From Eubacteriales bacterium (GTDB taxonomy: Bacteria; Bacillota; Clostridia; Oscillospirales; CAG-272), in the NCBI GenBank assembly GCA_045612465.1, contig JAZKZC010000083.1:1-38249 (forward strand): 38,249 bases of DNA. The letters run 5' to 3'. The number at the start of each line of letters is the position of its first letter. Within the stretch, counting starts at the first letter, position 1. The notes under the pieces were generated by a model. It had not been told where the DNA came from, did no database searches, and was given only the letters and a program-made list of their open reading frames with translations. Below, piece by piece: positions 36,030-38,249 of this stretch. A program made the position numbers and the translations under genes.

Positions 36030-36896
36030 ATGAAAATTAAAAGACTTGATGTATACAATTTTTTATTGATGACGTTCGGCGCCGTTATATACGGCGTCGG
36101 TGTCGTACTTTTCTTCGACAGTAACAATATTGCACCGGGCGGTGTTTCGGGTATTTCAATTATCCTCGATAAAACTGTCGGAATTATGAGCACGGGTACG
36201 TGGTCATTTGTCATCAATATTCCGATACTGATACTCGGTGCTGTCAAATTCGGAGGAAGATTCATTCTTTCAACGTTCTACACAGTCGCCTTATCGTCGT
36301 TCGTTATGGATGTAGTTGCAAGATATAACGTGTTTTTGACGGATGACGTATTGCTTGCGGCAATATTCGGTGCGCTTTTGACGGGTGTCGGTATAGGACT
36401 TGTTTTCAGGGCAGGAGCAACGACGGGCGGTTCGGATATAATAATAAGGCTCCTGCGCACAAAGTACAGACACATAAGCACGGGAAGTCTTTTCTTCGGT
36501 ATTGACTGCGCAATAATCGCAGTATCGGCAGTTGCTTTCGGTAATGTTTCATCGGCACTTTACGCGGCGGTTGCATCATTTTTGCAGACGCGTATAATAA
36601 ATACGGTGCTTTACGGAACGGACTCGGCAAGAATTGTGTATATAATTTCGGAAAAGTCGGATGCAATATCAAAAAGACTGCTCGTTGAACTTGAAACGGG
36701 TGTGACAGTTCTTGACGGACACGGTGCGTATACGAATTCCGAAAAGGAAGTTCTTATGTGCGTCTTGCATTCGAAAAATCTGCCCAAGGCAAAGGATATT
36801 GTAAGGTGTGAGGACGGAGGAGCGTTTGTTGTTGTAACCTCCGCAACGTCCGTTTTCGGAGAAGGATATAAAAGAAATACAGATGAGGAAATATAA
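36030..36896 (+). CDS. YitT family membrane protein
   Basis: IAPGGVSGI, INIP, ATTGGSDI, GVTVLDGHGAYT and VFGEGY. Confidence 0.92.
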   Translation: MKIKRLDVYNFLLMTFGAVIYGVGVVLFFDSNNIAPGGVSGISIILDKTVGIMSTGTWSFVINIPILILGAVKFGGRFILSTFYTVALSSFVMDVVARYNVFLTDDVLLAAIFGALLTGVGIGLVFRAGATTGGSDIIIRLLRTKYRHISTGSLFFGIDCAIIAVSAVAFGNVSSALYAAVASFLQTRIINTVLYGTDSARIVYIISEKSDAISKRLLVELETGVTVLDGHGAYTNSEKEVLMCVLHSKNLPKAKDIVRCEDGGAFVVVTSATSVFGEGYKRNTDEEI

Positions 36897-36897
36897 A

Positions 36898-38043
36898 ATG
36901 ATTAACTATGAAAATGTAAAAGCAATGTGGCTTTCCCAGTTCGATATGTGGTCTATATACTGTAAGGACGGACAGCAAAGACCGAAAGAGGAGTTTATAC
37001 CGCTTGTTAAAGCTGTGTTTGACAGACTCGTTGACACGGGAATAAACACGGCGATCATACAGACAAGACCTAATGCCGACAGTATGTATCCGTCGAAGTA
37101 CTATACGATGAGTAAGTACGTGGTCGGCGCATACGGCAGGGAAGCGCAGTACGATCCTTTAAGGATAATCATTGATGAAGCACACGCACGCAATATATCC
37201 ATCCACGCGTGGATAAACCCTTTGCGCTGTATGACGGAAGAAGAAATAAAGAGCGTTTCCGAGGATTTTGCTATCGGCAGATGGTATAACGACAAGAATA
37301 TCAACGGTAAAATGATAGTTCAGGTGGGACGTAATTTCTATCTTGATCCCGCGTACGAGGAAGTGAGAAAGCTTATAGTTGACGGTGCCTCCGAGCTTCT
37401 CGATCTTTACGATGTTGACGGATTACATATGGACGACTATTTTTATCCTACAACAGACGAAAGCTTTGACGCTTGTTCTTACGGCGAGTATCTGAACAAC
37501 GGCGGTGAGCTTGCGCTTGCGGATTTCAGACGCGACAGCCTCGATAAGCTCGTTTCATCGCTCTATTCAATGACAAAGTCGAAAAATGAAAAGCTGTGGT
37601 TCGGTATCAGCCCCGCGGGTATAATATCGCAGGTGCTTGACAAGCATTACGCGAATGTTGTAAAGTGGTGCTCCGAGGATGGATATATCGACTATATCTG
37701 CCCGCAGATATACTTTGGCATCGAACATCCTACGTGTCCGTTTATGAAGCTTTGCGACGATTGGCAGGCGATGGTAACGAATAAAAACGTGCGCCTTATA
37801 ATCGGTATGACGCTCGGAAAAGCATATGCCGAAAAGGACGAATATGCAAAAGATGCATCCGATGAATGGAAAAATAACAAAGACGTAATGTACAGATGCC
37901 TTGACTATGCAAGAAATCTGAAACTCTATGCAGGCGTTGCATATTTCTGCTATCAGTATTTTTATGATTCGTTAACAGGCAAAGAAAAGCCCAATACACA
38001 GAAGGAAAGGGAAAAGCTGATTCCTTTGCTGAAAAGTATTTGA
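36898..38043 (+). CDS. Glycosyl hydrolase-like 10 (GHL10) protein
   Basis: KAMW, QTRPNADSMYPS, YDPL..IIDEAH, IHAWINP, DGLHMDDYFYP, FGISP and IDYICPQIY. ATG 36898 is preceded by GAGG. Confidence 0.88.
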   Translation: MINYENVKAMWLSQFDMWSIYCKDGQQRPKEEFIPLVKAVFDRLVDTGINTAIIQTRPNADSMYPSKYYTMSKYVVGAYGREAQYDPLRIIIDEAHARNISIHAWINPLRCMTEEEIKSVSEDFAIGRWYNDKNINGKMIVQVGRNFYLDPAYEEVRKLIVDGASELLDLYDVDGLHMDDYFYPTTDESFDACSYGEYLNNGGELALADFRRDSLDKLVSSLYSMTKSKNEKLWFGISPAGIISQVLDKHYANVVKWCSEDGYIDYICPQIYFGIEHPTCPFMKLCDDWQAMVTNKNVRLIIGMTLGKAYAEKDEYAKDASDEWKNNKDVMYRCLDYARNLKLYAGVAYFCYQYFYDSLTGKEKPNTQKEREKLIPLLKSI

Positions 38044-38074
38044 AAGAATTTTTAAAGATTTTTACCAAAAGGTA

Positions 38075-38103
38075 TTGACAAAAACAAGAAGTTGTGATAT
38101 ACT
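38075..38103 (+). promoter_or_regulatory. sigma-A promoter of the tRNA gene(s)
   Basis: TTGACA-17 bp-TATACT with an extended TG and an AT-rich upstream tract. Confidence 0.85.
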
Positions 38104-38126
38104 ATCATAACAGTGAAAGGCAGCGT

Positions 38127-38214
38127 GCCGGAGTGGCGGAACAGGCAGACGCCCGAGACTTAAAATCTCGTGGGATTATATCCCGTACCGGTTCGAGCCC
38201 GGTTTCCGGCACCA
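38127..38214 (+). tRNA. tRNA-Leu (anticodon TAA)
   Basis: Acceptor stem GCCGGAG/TTCCGGC, discriminator A plus encoded CCA, anticodon arm CGAGA-CTTAAAA-TCTCG, long variable arm GGGA-TTATA-TCCC and T-loop TTCGAGC. Confidence 0.97.
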
Positions 38215-38242
38215 TTTCATTAAGCCGGTCACAATTTCATAT

Positions 38243-38249
38243 CGCGGAG
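38243..38249 (+). tRNA. Possible first 7 nt of a second tRNA (fMet-like), cut by the window edge
   Basis: CGCGGAG 28 nt after tRNA-Leu, with no terminator in between. Only 7 nt are visible. Confidence 0.3.

Noticed and set aside
35267-36265. 332-aa minus-strand ORF
   Set aside because: Antisense to the well-supported DHHW and YitT genes, with no recognisable motifs.
38127-38214. tRNA-anchored genomic island
   Set aside because: I saw no duplicate of the tRNA 3' end and no integrase in the window, and nearly all of the window lies on the 5' side of the tRNA.
1-38249. CRISPR array, IS elements, prophage, reverse transcriptase or defence system
   Set aside because: No spaced direct repeats or hallmark proteins were seen. 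Intergenic gaps are short and largely explained by promoters and terminators.

Overview
A gene-dense chromosomal window that looks like a Clostridia-type (probably Oscillospirales/Ruminococcaceae-like) genome, inferred from the near-consensus sigma-A promoters, AGGAG ribosome-binding sites, a dockerin and a sortase-type tail. It holds about 30 protein genes and one complete tRNA-Leu(TAA), with a second tRNA possibly starting at the right edge. I found no integrase, transposase, prophage, CRISPR array or recognisable riboswitch. Most genes belong to ordinary families: vWA, DUF3048, S1-domain, MBL hydrolase, RlmA, radical SAM, ElaA, Na/Pi symporter, amino-acid ABC transporter, YegP, GDPD, Ca2+ P-type ATPase, YitT and GHL10. 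The most unusual items are: (1) a stand-alone operon of phosphoglycosyl transferase, D-cysteine-desulfhydrase-like PLP enzyme, ATP-grasp ligase and GDPD with no other glycan-synthesis genes; (2) a 1407-aa secreted lamin-tail/EEP phosphoesterase with a dockerin; (3) a ~2545-aa Calx-beta surface protein with an NPQTF anchor; (4) a PTP-like phosphatase tightly coupled to an orphan Sfp-type PPTase; (5) a tandem DHHW/AlgX protein with one degenerate catalytic copy; (6) regulatory features, namely interlocked face-to-face promoters, a Pho-box-like repeat and a sigma-E-like promoter. All family calls come from reading motifs by eye; no database search was run, so novelty is unproven.
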